64,000 nucleotides of DNA, taken from NCBI RefSeq assembly GCF_963921235.1, contig NC_086108.1:92506001-92570000 (forward strand), read 5' to 3'. The translations under genes were made by a program, and so were the position numbers. Of the stretch, positions 62,462 to 64,000 are shown piece by piece. The notes under the pieces are model-generated. The model was not told the DNA's origin. It searched no databases and saw only the letters and a list, made by a program, of their open reading frames with translations. This DNA is from Mobula hypostoma (lineage: Eukaryota). The first letter of the stretch is position 1, and each line of letters opens with the position of its first letter.

Positions 62462-62870
62462 TCACTTTGTCGTGGTGGTGAGGCTTCTGAGTTCCTGAGA
62501 TCCCGAGAGCGATACTGTCTGGAGTTAGCCATCTGGCTCTTAGTTCCTTTGTAAGGTCACCTATGGCAGTAAGGTCAAGAGGGAGGTTCCAGATAAAGAG
62601 CGATCAAACCGAGACCTCAGTGGTGTAGCTGGTGGAGGATGATCCAATATCATATCAGCAGTGAGGATAGAGGAAGACTGCAGCAGTGAAGGATTCCCAA
62701 TCATCCTGTATTCCACACCACTGGACCCTGACCCCATCTGTCAAGGACTATGTGGGGGCTACTCTTGCATAAAAAAGGTCACGTACTGGGATTCTCCACT
62801 AAGGGAATCCAGACTAAAAGCAGATTATGTGAGTCCCGGATGGCCCGCTACAGCCACATGAGAACCCACC
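62462..62870 (+). mobile_element. Probable RTE-clade (Rex3/Expander-like) 5' UTR fragment
   Basis: Starts TTGTCGTGGTGGTGAGGCTT...GATCCCGAGAGCGAT...GGTCACCTATGGCAGTAAGGTC, resembling recalled RTE 5' ends. No ORF. Confidence 0.45.
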
Positions 62871-63549
62871 AACAGACAAACCCCTTAGCAGAATATCACA
62901 CCTAACTGGAGTGATCGCACGACTGAGATTATATCCTAATGTTAAATAGAATATGGTTGAGCCTGATGCCTCAGATGCTGTCTCACCATTCCTTCTTTTA
63001 CATCCCACACCCTTAATAATAAAGGCCAACATTCCATGGCTTTCTGAATTACTTTCTATACCTGTACTTGAACATTGTGTTTCATGTAGAAGAATACTCG
63101 GAACCCCCCGTTCAATAGCATTCTATAATCTTAATTTCAAAAATCTTTTTTCAAAAGTTATTACTAAAGTAAACAACTTTGCATTTTCCACACATTACCT
63201 GAAGAATTTTTTTTCCTGCTCACTTAACTTTTCCATATCCTACTGCAGACTCTTTGTGCCCTCCTCATAATGAGCTTTCCCACCTTTTTTGGTACCATTT
63301 GATGACTATACAGCCAATCCCTTCATTTTAGCCATTCCAGAACTTTGAGCAAAAAACAAACTACTGGAGGTAGTGGTCCAGATGAAGGGTCTCGACTGGA
63401 AGCACCGACTATCCATTTCCCTCTCCCAGACCTGCCTGACCTTCTGAGTTCCTGTATTTGTTTCATGCTCCAAATTCCAGATTCAAGATTGCAGGTGTAG
63501 TGGACAGCGAAGAATGCGATCATGGCTTGCAGAGGGATCTGCATCAGCT

Positions 63550-64000
63550 GAATTGAATTGACTTTATTACTTACATCCTTCATGTACATGAGGAGCAAAA
63601 ATCTTTATATTATGACTCTGTTCAAATGTGTAATTATAGTAATATATAATAAATATTATGTACCATAGGATAGTCAATATAACATGGAAATACAATTGTA
63701 ACAGCGTGAATTAATCAGTCTGATGGCCTGGTGGAACAAGCTGTCCTGGAGCCTGTTGGTCCTGGCTTTTATGCTGTGATACCGTTTCCCGGATGGTAGC
63801 GGCTGGAACAGTTTGTGGTTGGGGTGACTCAGGTCTCCAATGATCCTTCGGGCCCTTTTTACATACCTGCCTTTGTAAATGTCCTGATAGTGGGAAGCTG
63901 ACACCTACCGATTTGCTGGGCTGTCCGCACCACTCTCTGCAGAGTCCTGCGATTGGTGGAAGTACAGTTCCCATACCAGGCAGTGATGCAGCCAGTCAGG
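63550..64000 (-). mobile_element. Rex1/Babar LINE 3' end (continues past window)
   Basis: YKGRYVKRARRIIGDLSHPNHKLFQPLPSGKRY...FHQAIRLINSR. Confidence 0.9.

Overview
Repeat-dense vertebrate genomic DNA, most likely from a cartilaginous fish. This is inferred from HE1-like SINEs with CR1-type tails and the CR1/Penelope/Rex1-Babar/L1/RTE/Tc1 mix. The only host gene I can support is ALG14 (membrane subunit of the ALG13/ALG14 UDP-GlcNAc transferase) on the + strand. Its coding exons are 25291-25435, 42115-42266 and 60695-60817, with canonical GT-AG sites and consistent phases; the last exon(s) lie beyond the window. Nearly all other ORFs in the track are transposon fragments or their antisense shadows. 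The main points of interest are: (1) many Penelope-borne minimal hammerhead ribozyme motifs, including 140-185 nt TSD-flanked mini-inserts, some of them fold-backs; (2) a Rex1-type LINE inserted 14-17 nt upstream of the ALG14 exon 2 acceptor, whose (TTGAC)n tail appears to supply the branch point; (3) a 24-bp G:U-containing pre-miRNA-like hairpin at 12595-12648 in sequence I do not recognise as a repeat; (4) a CR1 inserted into a Penelope ORF through tail/target microhomology; (5) several non-coding elements without tRNA heads that end in Rex1-like 3' tails. I cannot demonstrate a wholly new biological system from sequence alone; these are the best leads. Repeat boundaries without a TSD are approximate.
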